A stretch of DNA of 20,614 nt from assembly GCA_001563335.1 (NCBI GenBank), contig LRSL01000046.1:1-20614 (forward strand). Reading direction: 5' to 3'. Shown piece after piece: positions 7,842 through 16,869 of this stretch. The position numbers and the translations under genes are program-made. The notes below the pieces were generated by a model. It saw only the letters and a list, made by a program, of their open reading frames with translations. It was not told the DNA's origin and did not search any database. Position 1 is the stretch's first letter. Every line of letters starts with the position of its first letter. This DNA comes from Candidatus Thorarchaeota archaeon SMTZ1-45 (GTDB taxonomy: Archaea; Asgardarchaeota; Thorarchaeia; Thorarchaeales; Thorarchaeaceae).

Positions 7842-10800
7842 ATGGGTGGCAATTACAGACTACTCCTCTTCATCAGTTTGCTGGCTCTATTCTTCTTACC
7901 ACTGACGAATACAGGACCTGTTTCAACACCAAATGCTGACTCATTTACATGCGAGGATAGTGCAATCGTTTCAGGATATCAAGATGAAGCGTTATGGTGG
8001 AACTCTTCCTTCATTTATCGTAGATACTTCAATTTCACAGAACCCAATGTAAGTGACAGATCTAATGTTCCAGTACATCTATTCCTGACATTCGAGAATG
8101 GACACTGTTATCGTGACTCAATCCGGATTCTCTTCTACGATACAATTGTATCAATACCTACAGAACAGCCATTTCAGGTCTGGAATGTTACATATTATTC
8201 AGGCACAGCATACATCAAATCTGCACGAATTTCAATAATCGTTGATGTTGCTAAGGATACAACGGAGGATGGTTACTATATCTATTATGCAAAACAAGAT
8301 GTCGGTTCAGTGAGTTATCCTAACTTCTATCCATTCATCTACACAAGTTACACATTCTCGCTGATTAACCTTGCTTCCTATTATGACACTAATAACTACT
8401 ATGTTGAGATGTATGATGACCCTTTGTATGGTGGAGACGGTACTTGGAAAGATCCCAACACCGTGAATGATGGAGTCGATATACGGTGGAAGAACTCGCA
8501 AGTAACTCCCGACAGTTCACCAACAGGGACCCTTAATAGATATGAAAATGTACGATATGAACCAACTTCAAGCTCCTACAGTGACTTCTTTGGATTTTAT
8601 CGAGTATACTCCAACTATCCAATGGCTGTTTCAATGGGTCAGGGAGATATGGGCTCTAACCCTGCACTCAATGATTGGTTCCCGGGTGTAAATGAGATGG
8701 GAAGTGGTCTTGGTACCAAGTTCATCCTCGGTGGAGTTGAGGGTTTTGAGAGTAGAAATGAGGGGAAATATTGGATTCAGGCGCATCAAGATAATACTGC
8801 AGTTTATGTGTGGACAGCTGGAGAAACTCTCGACTCAGGGTGGAGTTTCTATAATAACACAATTGTGTCAACCTGGCCTGCAATACTCAAAGCTGGTGAG
8901 TATATAGCTAAACGTGACGTTGTCTATACAACTTATGTCATTGCTAACTCCACAAAACCTGTTTCAATCCGTGCTGGTGACTCCGATGCAAGTTATGCTC
9001 GTGATATTGGAGGATTCTACCCTTCAACAACAGGCAAACTGGTTGGTGAAGAGTTCTATACCATAGATATGGGCAACTCAAATGATAGGACAAGAGTCAC
9101 CAATATTGGTACCACGCAGGTGACAGTTGAGTGGTGGAGAAGCACTGGCTCTGGTTGGGTTAAAGGAGCCAATCTCACAGATATTCCAGTGAATGGATCC
9201 GCAACAATACCTCGAGGAACTGCAAGTTCATCAGATCCCGAGGATATCCTGCGAATTAAGGGTCCTACAGGGTCAGAGCTTTTTGTTGAAGGAATCTATA
9301 ATGCCCCTAGTGTATCTGATCATGGTGATTGGAATCCTGCCATGACTGGCGACCGTTTTGGTCTTGATTATCGCATTTGGGGAGGTAGAGAACAGAAGAT
9401 TTTCATCATCGCTTGGGAGAACGCGAAGGTCGAAATCTCAAGCTATAGCGGGACTACAATACGTGAGATTGCACGTGGAAATACTGATTTCTATATGCCC
9501 GTTTCATCTAGTCAGTCTCTTCATGATTTACATTCAAACGCTACAATCAGTGTTGTTGTTGCTGGACGATTCTCAACTTCTGGTCCATATTATTACCCAA
9601 GTGGTGACCAAGGCTATGGTTGGATGGTCCCCGCATACTCATCTGAGAATGACCAAGCTGGAATTGATATAGTTTCAAGCGATGAAATCAAACTGTTCAG
9701 TCTTGACATAACAGTGACTGACCTTGACAATCAAGTAGTTGAGGGAGTCACCGTGACACTCTATAACACTGATGATACACTCTGGGTTGATGACAACTCA
9801 CTCAACCGTTCTGGACTAACTGGTGCGGATGGTCGAATACTGTTTGAAGGATTGAGTAATCAGACTTACAGAATCAAGTCATACGTCGATGCTGATGCTT
9901 GGCTTGCCAGTACTTATGACCATGTATGGGTAAGTAACTCCACTGACCAAGGTATTGAAGGATCTGTGACTCAAGTTACAATCAGATTGACCATAGCTGA
10001 CATTGACATCTACTTGACTGACTTAGATGGCAATCCCATGCTGGACACTGCTGATGAAACCACAAGAATGCGTCTTACCAATGGTACTAACCCACTTACA
10101 AATCATATAGCTCAAGGTCAAACAAACACAACAGGCTGGATTCACTTTGAAAGGATTCCAGCAGATGAGTATGATGTCTATGGATACTATGCTGGGTCCT
10201 TGGGCTGGTCTTATGGATATGCCCAAATGGATGACTTCGCAGTCTGGCATATTAGCTCCTCAGAATTTATTGGAAGATTCAGCCACAGTTGGCAAGTACC
10301 ACTTATCACCCTCGATATCCATGTTATATCATGGGACAATCTGGATGTTTCAGGTGCTACTATCACCATTGAGAATCCAGTCGACGCCAATCCAATCATA
10401 CGGAGTAGTGATGCAAATGGTGATTTCAGCTTCTATAGAGTAGCGAATGGAACATGGAATCTCGATGTCTGGAAAGATGATGACTATACTGGCACTCCGT
10501 TAGCACGTAACAATAGTGTATCATTGATAAATCAACAGACCAGCACTTCTAACACTGTTGAGTTACCCCTTACCCGGTTGATAATTAGGGTTCAATCTGG
10601 TGCAAGTCAAAATGTAGAAGGCGCTCAGGTGAATGTGAACCTTCTTGGTGTCGGACTTGTTGCTCAAGGTACAACCAACAGTACTGGACATGTGACCTTC
10701 TTCAACATTCATGCCAACATGACTGGTATTGTTGATTATAATGTCACTGCATTTTCAGGACTTGAGACCGCTTTCAAGATAGTCAAATGTGATAAGAGCT

Positions 10801-13800
10801 GGAACTATGTGAATCTGATATCCATTCAGCCACCTACGTGGGATCAACAATATTCTGAACTCAGTGCAGCAAACTACTTCAGGAATGTCCGATGGGGACA
10901 GACTATCAATCTCACGATAAGTTGGTTCAACAAGACTGGAAATCCAAGCAGTTACACAATTACTGCTATCCCCTATGATTCAACCTCTTGGTTGAATTTT
11001 ACAATTTACTATAACTCAATTCCAATCGGTTATGGTTATTGGACCTTAGCTTCCTTCGACGGTGTATTTCAAGAACCAAGCATCTACTTCAATGTTGAGA
11101 TCAACACATCTCTATGGATGATGAATGCATCAACGACCTCATACGAGATTGTCATACGAGCACATACATCCCTAATGTCTGATCCAACACCAATCATCAT
11201 CTATATAACCGTGCTACCAGCAACAACATCGCAGGGCATAGGAACTGGAGCAATCAATGAGTATTACGGGACACACAACGAGCATCTTTACTGGCTTTAT
11301 GATACTACAAACAGCTTGTATGTTGCTGGACTTGATGTATTCTCGTTTGTACTCAAACAGGGAACTGATGATTTGAAATCAGGATTGCTGACTGATAACG
11401 GTAATGGGACATATAGTTTACCAAATACTGCTCTCAGTGGGATTGGGATTGGTAGCTATGCTCTATATGTCACTCTACAGAAAGCAAACTATGTTAACCA
11501 GACCCTCTCTGTTGGTGTAACTATAACTAATCTTCCAATGGAAGTTGTCGTGGTTTCTGCTGATGATTATGTGTGGTCTACTTTGATAGCCTCCGAGTCA
11601 ATCGAGTTCCAATACGTGATAGCATGGAACTCAACTCCTAGTGAATTGAGTAATGTCCAAGTCACAATAGAGTGGTTGACCTATCCTGGCGCAATTTCCT
11701 ACCGGATCGTCAATCAGTTTCTGAGTTCCAGTATGGGTGTGTTCACATATACTTATGATGGGAATGTTGTACCGGTTGGAAACTGGACTGTGAGAATCAC
11801 ATGCAATCTGGTTAACTATGCAATAGCAACTGAATCCTTCGACAATATATATGTCAGCGAGGCACCAACAAATTTCATTGTTCCCCCAGCTGCAGAAACT
11901 GTTGATTGGACTGAGCCAGCAATTTTTGTAATTGAGTATACAAGGGTTAGTGATAGTACAGGTATTGCTGGTGCGTTGGTGTCTACTGATTGGATTGGGA
12001 CAGTAATTATCACATATCTTGGAAATGGTCAATACTCTGTAAGTTTTGATACAACAGTACCTGCAGATTCTTACACAGTCATAATCACTATCTCTGTAGC
12101 CAACCATGAAACAAAGGTAGATAGTGTTGACATCAATATTAATACGCCCGTGGCAATTGAAACCGAGTATGATTCGGAGGAAACTCCACTTACAGCATAT
12201 TGGACTCGAAGTTTTGATGTCGTGGTCAGATTAATGGACATGTCAAGAGATAACACAACCATTACAGGTGCCACCATACAATATGATTGGGTCGATTCAA
12301 TCAATCTCAACTTGGTGATTCCTGTAGGTTTCCTGACTGAACTCTCACCTGGAATATATGGAGTAACTCTACAGGGTGCTGATGCAGATCCCTTAATTGA
12401 TCTTTATTATATCACACTGACTGTTACAAGTCTCCCGTCACAACCCACATCTAGACTCTACCTTTTGATCCAAGATGTACCAAATGAAATCATTATTCCA
12501 GTGGGAGGGTTTGTTCCATACTATGGTGATATTGCTAGAGTTAGGTTCTATTGGAATAACACTCTAGATAATGATCCTATAACACTCCCAAGCTCTGCTC
12601 AATTTATAGTTGAGCCGATTGGTGTTGGTATTGGTGGATTGACCAATTATGGAAATGGTACGTATAGTTTCGACGTAGATACAAAAGCACTTGGAATGGA
12701 TGTTGACATCTATAGTGGGTTCTATCGTGTTCGTATATCGATGCAAGCCGATGGCTTTGAACCACTTGATGATGTATTTGTTTTCTTCCTTATGAGAGAA
12801 AGTCCAACATTTATGGAATTGGTGCATCCAGCAGAGGCTGAGTGGTCTAATGATCTGACAATCAGAGTCAATCTATGGGACTCGCGACACAATGAACTTG
12901 TCTGGGATGGAGCTTTTGTTGAAGTTGTCTATGGTGTATTTACAATTCAGCTTTATTCTCTTGGTAATGGAACCTTTGCAAGAACCTTTGACTCTTCCCT
13001 ATATTTTGCTGCTATAAATCCGGGTGATGATCCATATGAAGTACCAATCCAATACACGATACCAAACTATGTCAATGGTTTGATTGTCATTGATGTAATC
13101 GTGACTCCGATAATAGGTGAGCTAGAATTGAGCTTAACCTCTGATGTACCAACGGGAGCTTACAATGGCTCTTGGTCAGATTTTGTTAGAGTAGAATTTT
13201 CTGCAGTCTATTTGAGCGATGGAAGTCCTCTTCCTGAGGGAGTTGCAACTTATTATTGGGTGAACTACGAAACAATTGGAGGTACATTCACCTATGATTT
13301 ATTCAGATATTCTTTGAATATTGACACCTCTGAGGTTCCTGCAGGACTTAGGACACTAAGACTTATGGTCACTCTACAAAATCATTCTGTGATACCTTTC
13401 GATATTGAAATGAACCTTAGACCACTAGTTGCTACTTTTGAAACAGCAACGACTGAGCTTGAAGCAATATATGGATCAACAGAAAACATAGAAGTGTACT
13501 TTGATTTGACCTATTTAGGTTCGCCATTAATGGGCGCTGATGTCACACTCTATTGGAGCACCGAGGAATTTCCACATCGCATGTCGGGGACTAGATATGT
13601 TGTGTCATTCAGCGCTTCACAAGTATCAGGTCTCCAAGCACCTCAAGTCTATTTCCTAACTTTCGTAGCCGAACTTGAAAATTACACAGCACCTGCAATC
13701 GTGCTTGAGCTCAGTCTTCTAGCTCCTACAGCACTAAGTGTTAATACGGTCACTGTTGAGATGGGTCAGTCTATTACTGTCTACTTCAAGTACTATAACA

Positions 13801-14933
13801 CTCTTACTGGTGCTGCAATCACAGCGTCTGAGATTTTAGCCACTCTACCCGATGGTGGTCCTCTGCTTGTAAATGTATACAACTCAAGTCATTATTCTGT
13901 AGTAATTACAGCAGCTGATGTGGGAGAGATTTCTATTGATTACTATGAGATTCATTTTGTAATCTCAGCTGAAGGTTATCAGAGTTATACCGGTGAAAAT
14001 CCATACTCAATGAGAGTATATGTCGCTGAACCAACCTATGATTTTGGTCCTCTTGGAAGATATCCCCGAACGATGGTCAATACAATGCTATTGATGACCT
14101 TACTCTTCACAGTATTTGCTGGTTCAGTGGTTGGAGTAAGACGCATGCGTATTCCATATCAAATCAAGCAGATAGACAAAGCATTGAATCAGATAGGGAA
14201 GGGTAAGACTGCTAAAGTTGAGAAAATCAAGACTATGGGTATGGTAGTTTCGGAACTCCTCGCACCTGGTCTCTCAGAGCTTGACATCGCAGTTCCAGTC
14301 ATTGAGGCAGGACCAGAAGATGCTGGAATAACTATCCTCGATGAGTACACAGATGAGCTCCTTGGTGAGCTTGATGCACTTGATGACCTTGAAATTGAGG
14401 ATGAAGTACTCGAAGAGGACAACTTTGAAGCTGAACTAGAAGCTGAGCTTGATTCTATTGAAGCTATTGAATCTGAAGAAGTACCTGTGGCTGCAGATAT
14501 AGACACCGAAGAACTCACAGACTTTGAACCTGAAGTGAAGGAAGTTGTAGATGAGTCTGGTAAGGATATAACTGAACCAAAACCTGAATCAGAGGTTACT
14601 GAAGAAGTGGTTGAGGAACCTGATGATGAAGAATTGACACCTGAGATTGAGCTCGAGGAAACGGAGCTAGAAGACATTGAAAAGCCAGAACCTCGTGAAT
14701 CTAAATTCACAGATATTGAGGGTGAGGAAATCTCAACTATTGATGCTCTTGAAGTAAAAGAAGACGTAGAATCTGAAGATGATGCACGAAAAGTACGTAT
14801 GAGTAAGAAAGAGATGATTGACCTTTTGTCTTCCGAAATTAAGGAGCGTTATCCTGACAAAGAACTCAGGAAACTTAGCAAAGCCGAGCTTCAAGAGCTA
14901 CTCGACTATATGGATGAAGCTAGTGAGGAATAG
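7842..14933 (+). CDS. Giant (2363 aa) single-pass cell-surface glycoprotein: DUF2341-like and IgGFc-binding-like N-terminal region, prealbumin/CnaB-like and Ig-like repeats, TM helix, 264-aa cytoplasmic tail
   Basis: Signal peptide (LLLFISLLALFFLPL); WWNSSFIYRR...NVPV...YYIYY DUF2341-like start; many N-x-S/T sequons; beta-sandwich repeats; TM at about residues 2078-2099 (nt 14073-14138) followed by RRMR; D/E-rich tail. Confidence 0.85.
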   Translation: MGGNYRLLLFISLLALFFLPLTNTGPVSTPNADSFTCEDSAIVSGYQDEALWWNSSFIYRRYFNFTEPNVSDRSNVPVHLFLTFENGHCYRDSIRILFYDTIVSIPTEQPFQVWNVTYYSGTAYIKSARISIIVDVAKDTTEDGYYIYYAKQDVGSVSYPNFYPFIYTSYTFSLINLASYYDTNNYYVEMYDDPLYGGDGTWKDPNTVNDGVDIRWKNSQVTPDSSPTGTLNRYENVRYEPTSSSYSDFFGFYRVYSNYPMAVSMGQGDMGSNPALNDWFPGVNEMGSGLGTKFILGGVEGFESRNEGKYWIQAHQDNTAVYVWTAGETLDSGWSFYNNTIVSTWPAILKAGEYIAKRDVVYTTYVIANSTKPVSIRAGDSDASYARDIGGFYPSTTGKLVGEEFYTIDMGNSNDRTRVTNIGTTQVTVEWWRSTGSGWVKGANLTDIPVNGSATIPRGTASSSDPEDILRIKGPTGSELFVEGIYNAPSVSDHGDWNPAMTGDRFGLDYRIWGGREQKIFIIAWENAKVEISSYSGTTIREIARGNTDFYMPVSSSQSLHDLHSNATISVVVAGRFSTSGPYYYPSGDQGYGWMVPAYSSENDQAGIDIVSSDEIKLFSLDITVTDLDNQVVEGVTVTLYNTDDTLWVDDNSLNRSGLTGADGRILFEGLSNQTYRIKSYVDADAWLASTYDHVWVSNSTDQGIEGSVTQVTIRLTIADIDIYLTDLDGNPMLDTADETTRMRLTNGTNPLTNHIAQGQTNTTGWIHFERIPADEYDVYGYYAGSLGWSYGYAQMDDFAVWHISSSEFIGRFSHSWQVPLITLDIHVISWDNLDVSGATITIENPVDANPIIRSSDANGDFSFYRVANGTWNLDVWKDDDYTGTPLARNNSVSLINQQTSTSNTVELPLTRLIIRVQSGASQNVEGAQVNVNLLGVGLVAQGTTNSTGHVTFFNIHANMTGIVDYNVTAFSGLETAFKIVKCDKSWNYVNLISIQPPTWDQQYSELSAANYFRNVRWGQTINLTISWFNKTGNPSSYTITAIPYDSTSWLNFTIYYNSIPIGYGYWTLASFDGVFQEPSIYFNVEINTSLWMMNASTTSYEIVIRAHTSLMSDPTPIIIYITVLPATTSQGIGTGAINEYYGTHNEHLYWLYDTTNSLYVAGLDVFSFVLKQGTDDLKSGLLTDNGNGTYSLPNTALSGIGIGSYALYVTLQKANYVNQTLSVGVTITNLPMEVVVVSADDYVWSTLIASESIEFQYVIAWNSTPSELSNVQVTIEWLTYPGAISYRIVNQFLSSSMGVFTYTYDGNVVPVGNWTVRITCNLVNYAIATESFDNIYVSEAPTNFIVPPAAETVDWTEPAIFVIEYTRVSDSTGIAGALVSTDWIGTVIITYLGNGQYSVSFDTTVPADSYTVIITISVANHETKVDSVDININTPVAIETEYDSEETPLTAYWTRSFDVVVRLMDMSRDNTTITGATIQYDWVDSINLNLVIPVGFLTELSPGIYGVTLQGADADPLIDLYYITLTVTSLPSQPTSRLYLLIQDVPNEIIIPVGGFVPYYGDIARVRFYWNNTLDNDPITLPSSAQFIVEPIGVGIGGLTNYGNGTYSFDVDTKALGMDVDIYSGFYRVRISMQADGFEPLDDVFVFFLMRESPTFMELVHPAEAEWSNDLTIRVNLWDSRHNELVWDGAFVEVVYGVFTIQLYSLGNGTFARTFDSSLYFAAINPGDDPYEVPIQYTIPNYVNGLIVIDVIVTPIIGELELSLTSDVPTGAYNGSWSDFVRVEFSAVYLSDGSPLPEGVATYYWVNYETIGGTFTYDLFRYSLNIDTSEVPAGLRTLRLMVTLQNHSVIPFDIEMNLRPLVATFETATTELEAIYGSTENIEVYFDLTYLGSPLMGADVTLYWSTEEFPHRMSGTRYVVSFSASQVSGLQAPQVYFLTFVAELENYTAPAIVLELSLLAPTALSVNTVTVEMGQSITVYFKYYNTLTGAAITASEILATLPDGGPLLVNVYNSSHYSVVITAADVGEISIDYYEIHFVISAEGYQSYTGENPYSMRVYVAEPTYDFGPLGRYPRTMVNTMLLMTLLFTVFAGSVVGVRRMRIPYQIKQIDKALNQIGKGKTAKVEKIKTMGMVVSELLAPGLSELDIAVPVIEAGPEDAGITILDEYTDELLGELDALDDLEIEDEVLEEDNFEAELEAELDSIEAIESEEVPVAADIDTEELTDFEPEVKEVVDESGKDITEPKPESEVTEEVVEEPDDEELTPEIELEETELEDIEKPEPRESKFTDIEGEEISTIDALEVKEDVESEDDARKVRMSKKEMIDLLSSEIKERYPDKELRKLSKAELQELLDYMDEASEE
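9700..10710 (+). repeat. Four degenerate prealbumin-like/carboxypeptidase-regulatory-like protein repeats within the giant protein
   Basis: LDITVTDLDNQVVEGVTV..TGADGRILF; IDIYLTDLDGNPM..TNTTGWIHF; LDIHVISWDNLDVSGATI..SDANGDFSF; LIIRVQSGASQNVEGAQV..TNSTGHVTF. Boundaries are approximate. Confidence 0.65.
11390..13000 (+). repeat. Degenerate Ig-like stalk repeats with GNG-T/Q-Y/F turn motif
   Basis: DNGNGTYSL, YLGNGQYSVSFDT, ELSPGIYGV, NYGNGTYSFDVDT and SLGNGTFARTFDS recur at roughly 100-aa (or 200-aa) spacing. Boundaries are approximate. Confidence 0.6.
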
Positions 14934-14953
14934 AATACTATGTCAAAACCAAC

Positions 14954-14993
14954 GGGAACAGCACGGGTGTTCCCTGAGTTTACTTCAACTCAG
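14954..14993 (+). other. Two back-to-back stem-loops in the intergenic region between the giant protein and the GTPase
   Basis: GGGAACA (14954-14960)/TGTTCCC (14968-14974) and CTGAGTT (14974-14980)/AACTCAG (14987-14993), both perfect 7-bp inverted repeats sharing base 14974. Confidence 0.55.
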
Positions 14994-15036
14994 TATAGGA
15001 ATGCAAATGATACCATAACAACGGGATCGTGAAATC

Positions 15037-15921
15037 ATGATTCGAGAGATACACATCTTCAAAGATGGTCAAACTCTTTTTCAAGATGTCATAGTCCCTA
15101 ACAAAGATCTCGATACATCTGCAGTGATGATGTTGGTTTCATCTTCTGCAAAGAAGCTCCAAGAATGGAAAATTGATAGCATGGAGATCGAGCGCTACCG
15201 ATATGTCTACATGAACTCTCATGGCACACAGTTTATCTTAACAATGGACCGTCAAGCATCCCTTCAGAAAGTGACTGAGGCTATGATGGACCTTGTGTCG
15301 AAGTTCATGACAGTCTTTGAAAACGCCTTGGAAACCAACGAATGGAAATCTACCGATTTTTCACCCTTTGGTGTTGGATTCAGAAAAATAGTAGCTAAGA
15401 TACCTGTGAAGATGTGTCTTGCTGGACATGGTGGTACGGGAAAGACAACTCTCCTGGAGTTGGCAACTCTTCCATCACGTGGTCCACCACAAGAGTACAT
15501 ACCTACTTTCTTTGGTGATAAGGCACTTCTGAAAGCTGATTTTGATCCCTATATCTTCAGTATGTTCGACTTGGGTGGTCAAGATCGATTTGTACAGGAA
15601 TGGGGCAAGATTATCCGTTCTGGTAGCCTTGTCGTAATTGTTACTGATTCTACTAAAGATAATCTTTCTTGGACAAAACGTGTAGCTTATCCGGTCTTAA
15701 GAGCTGAACTACCCTATGCAAGGGCTATATCTATAGCAAACAAGCAAGATCTCAAAGGTGCTTTGTCTCCAGATGAAGTAGGAAAGAAACTGGGTGTACC
15801 GGCATATGGTATGCAAGCAAATCAACGAAACTTCAGAGACCGTTGGTTGAAACTGCTGAGGGCTTTAGCATTTGAAGAGATTGACTTTACCATCGTTGGT
15901 GAGATTGTGGAGGTGGATTAA
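15037..15921 (+). CDS. Longin-like domain fused to an Arf-related small GTPase
   Basis: G1 GHGGTGKTT (nt 15424), G2 YIPT, G3 FDLGGQDRF..W (nt 15568) and G4 ANKQDL (nt 15739) followed by the Arf-like KGALSPDEV. The N-terminal ~120 aa (MIREIHIFKDGQTLF...YRYVY...TQFILTMD...AMMDLVSKFMTVF) has the longin/AP-sigma pattern. Confidence 0.88.
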   Translation: MIREIHIFKDGQTLFQDVIVPNKDLDTSAVMMLVSSSAKKLQEWKIDSMEIERYRYVYMNSHGTQFILTMDRQASLQKVTEAMMDLVSKFMTVFENALETNEWKSTDFSPFGVGFRKIVAKIPVKMCLAGHGGTGKTTLLELATLPSRGPPQEYIPTFFGDKALLKADFDPYIFSMFDLGGQDRFVQEWGKIIRSGSLVVIVTDSTKDNLSWTKRVAYPVLRAELPYARAISIANKQDLKGALSPDEVGKKLGVPAYGMQANQRNFRDRWLKLLRALAFEEIDFTIVGEIVEVD

Positions 15922-15922
15922 G

Positions 15923-16489
15923 TTGTCAGATCCTAGTGATATCACAAAGAGTGTTGTCAATGAAGAGGAACGCAAGCGTTTGATTAGTGAGATTGGACAC
16001 ATAAAAGAAATTCTTGATAGCTTCAAATATGGCTTGAACTTTGAAGATTTTGCTGACGAGTTATTCAAAACAGTTGATAGGCAGACGCTAGCAATCAAGA
16101 AGCTTGATGAGAATCTTGCAGATATTGTTGAACGTATGGACCGTCTTGAGAAGCAATTCAATGAAGGAATCAAGGTTTCAGTATCTGGCGCAATCAGATC
16201 CGATTCTGGTCAAACCGAGAGCGAGGTTCTTCTTGATGACCTTTCGACTAAGAAAGAACTACCTTCTGAAGACCTCGTCGCGGATAAATCCCGGGCGGAA
16301 CTTGAGAGGGAAGTTGAAGAACTTAAGATTAAGATAGCACGTCTTTTTGAGAAGGAAAACGAGCTTGAAGAGATGGCAATGAATGATCCTGCTGGTGCTG
16401 AAGAGTATGAGGAAAAGGCGGGCACCGCTCGAGAGATGCGAAAGGGTCTTGAAGAACAACTGGAAGAGCTTGAAATGAGATTAGAGTGA
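15923..16489 (+). CDS. Acidic coiled-coil protein (188 aa) with a C-terminal helical hairpin
   Basis: Probable TTG start at 15923 with GGAGGTGG at 15909-15916, 1 nt after the GTPase stop; the track's 15872 start is an overlapping extension. Heptad-rich segments IKKLDENLADIVERMDRLEKQF and LEREVEELKIKIARL...LEEQLEEL. Confidence 0.75.
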   Translation: MSDPSDITKSVVNEEERKRLISEIGHIKEILDSFKYGLNFEDFADELFKTVDRQTLAIKKLDENLADIVERMDRLEKQFNEGIKVSVSGAIRSDSGQTESEVLLDDLSTKKELPSEDLVADKSRAELEREVEELKIKIARLFEKENELEEMAMNDPAGAEEYEEKAGTAREMRKGLEEQLEELEMRLE

Positions 16490-16501
16490 AGGTGAGAAAA
16501 T

Positions 16502-16858
16502 ATGGGATTGTTTGACAGCTGGAGACGAAAGAAAAAGCGTGCACCAACCACTGACACTAGGTTCCGTGAAAGACCGCAAGTTAAATCTGGAATGCAGACA
16601 GATGTGGATGTCACTGAAGCCGAACCAGAAACAGTATCATCACTTCTTGAAAAATATGATGAATTGGTACAGCGACGTGAGGCTCTATCGTTTGAACGAG
16701 AGAATCTCACTCGAAAACTTGAAGATGGAGAAATCGAAGCCACAGAGTTCAGAAAAGAACTGATGGCTAGAATTCAAGAAGCTGCACAAGTTTCTGAGAA
16801 TCTAAGATCAACTACAGCTAGATTAGCTCAACTTGGATATCGTGGTGCCTTACATTAA
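16502..16858 (+). CDS. Small protein with N-terminal amphipathic/polybasic segment and a helical hairpin (steadiness-box/SHOCT-like turn)
   Basis: AAGGTGA RBS upstream; MGLFDSWRRKKKR start; helix-LEDGEIEATEF-helix hairpin. Confidence 0.75.
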   Translation: MGLFDSWRRKKKRAPTTDTRFRERPQVKSGMQTDVDVTEAEPETVSSLLEKYDELVQRREALSFERENLTRKLEDGEIEATEFRKELMARIQEAAQVSENLRSTTARLAQLGYRGALH

Positions 16859-16869
16859 GGTGAGGAATC

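Noticed and set aside
14189-14710. 173-aa Ser-rich minus-strand ORF
   Set aside because: Antisense shadow of the Glu/Asp-rich tail (GAA/GAT codons read as Ser on the other strand); the same applies to 16210-16743 and 17031-17558.
15901-15921. GTPase C-terminus EIVEVD resembling the Hsp70/Hsp90 EEVD TPR-binding motif (and AAEVV at 7824-7838 resembling a PDZ ligand)
   Set aside because: Both are explained by the embedded GGAGGTGG Shine-Dalgarno sequence of the next gene, which forces E-V codons.
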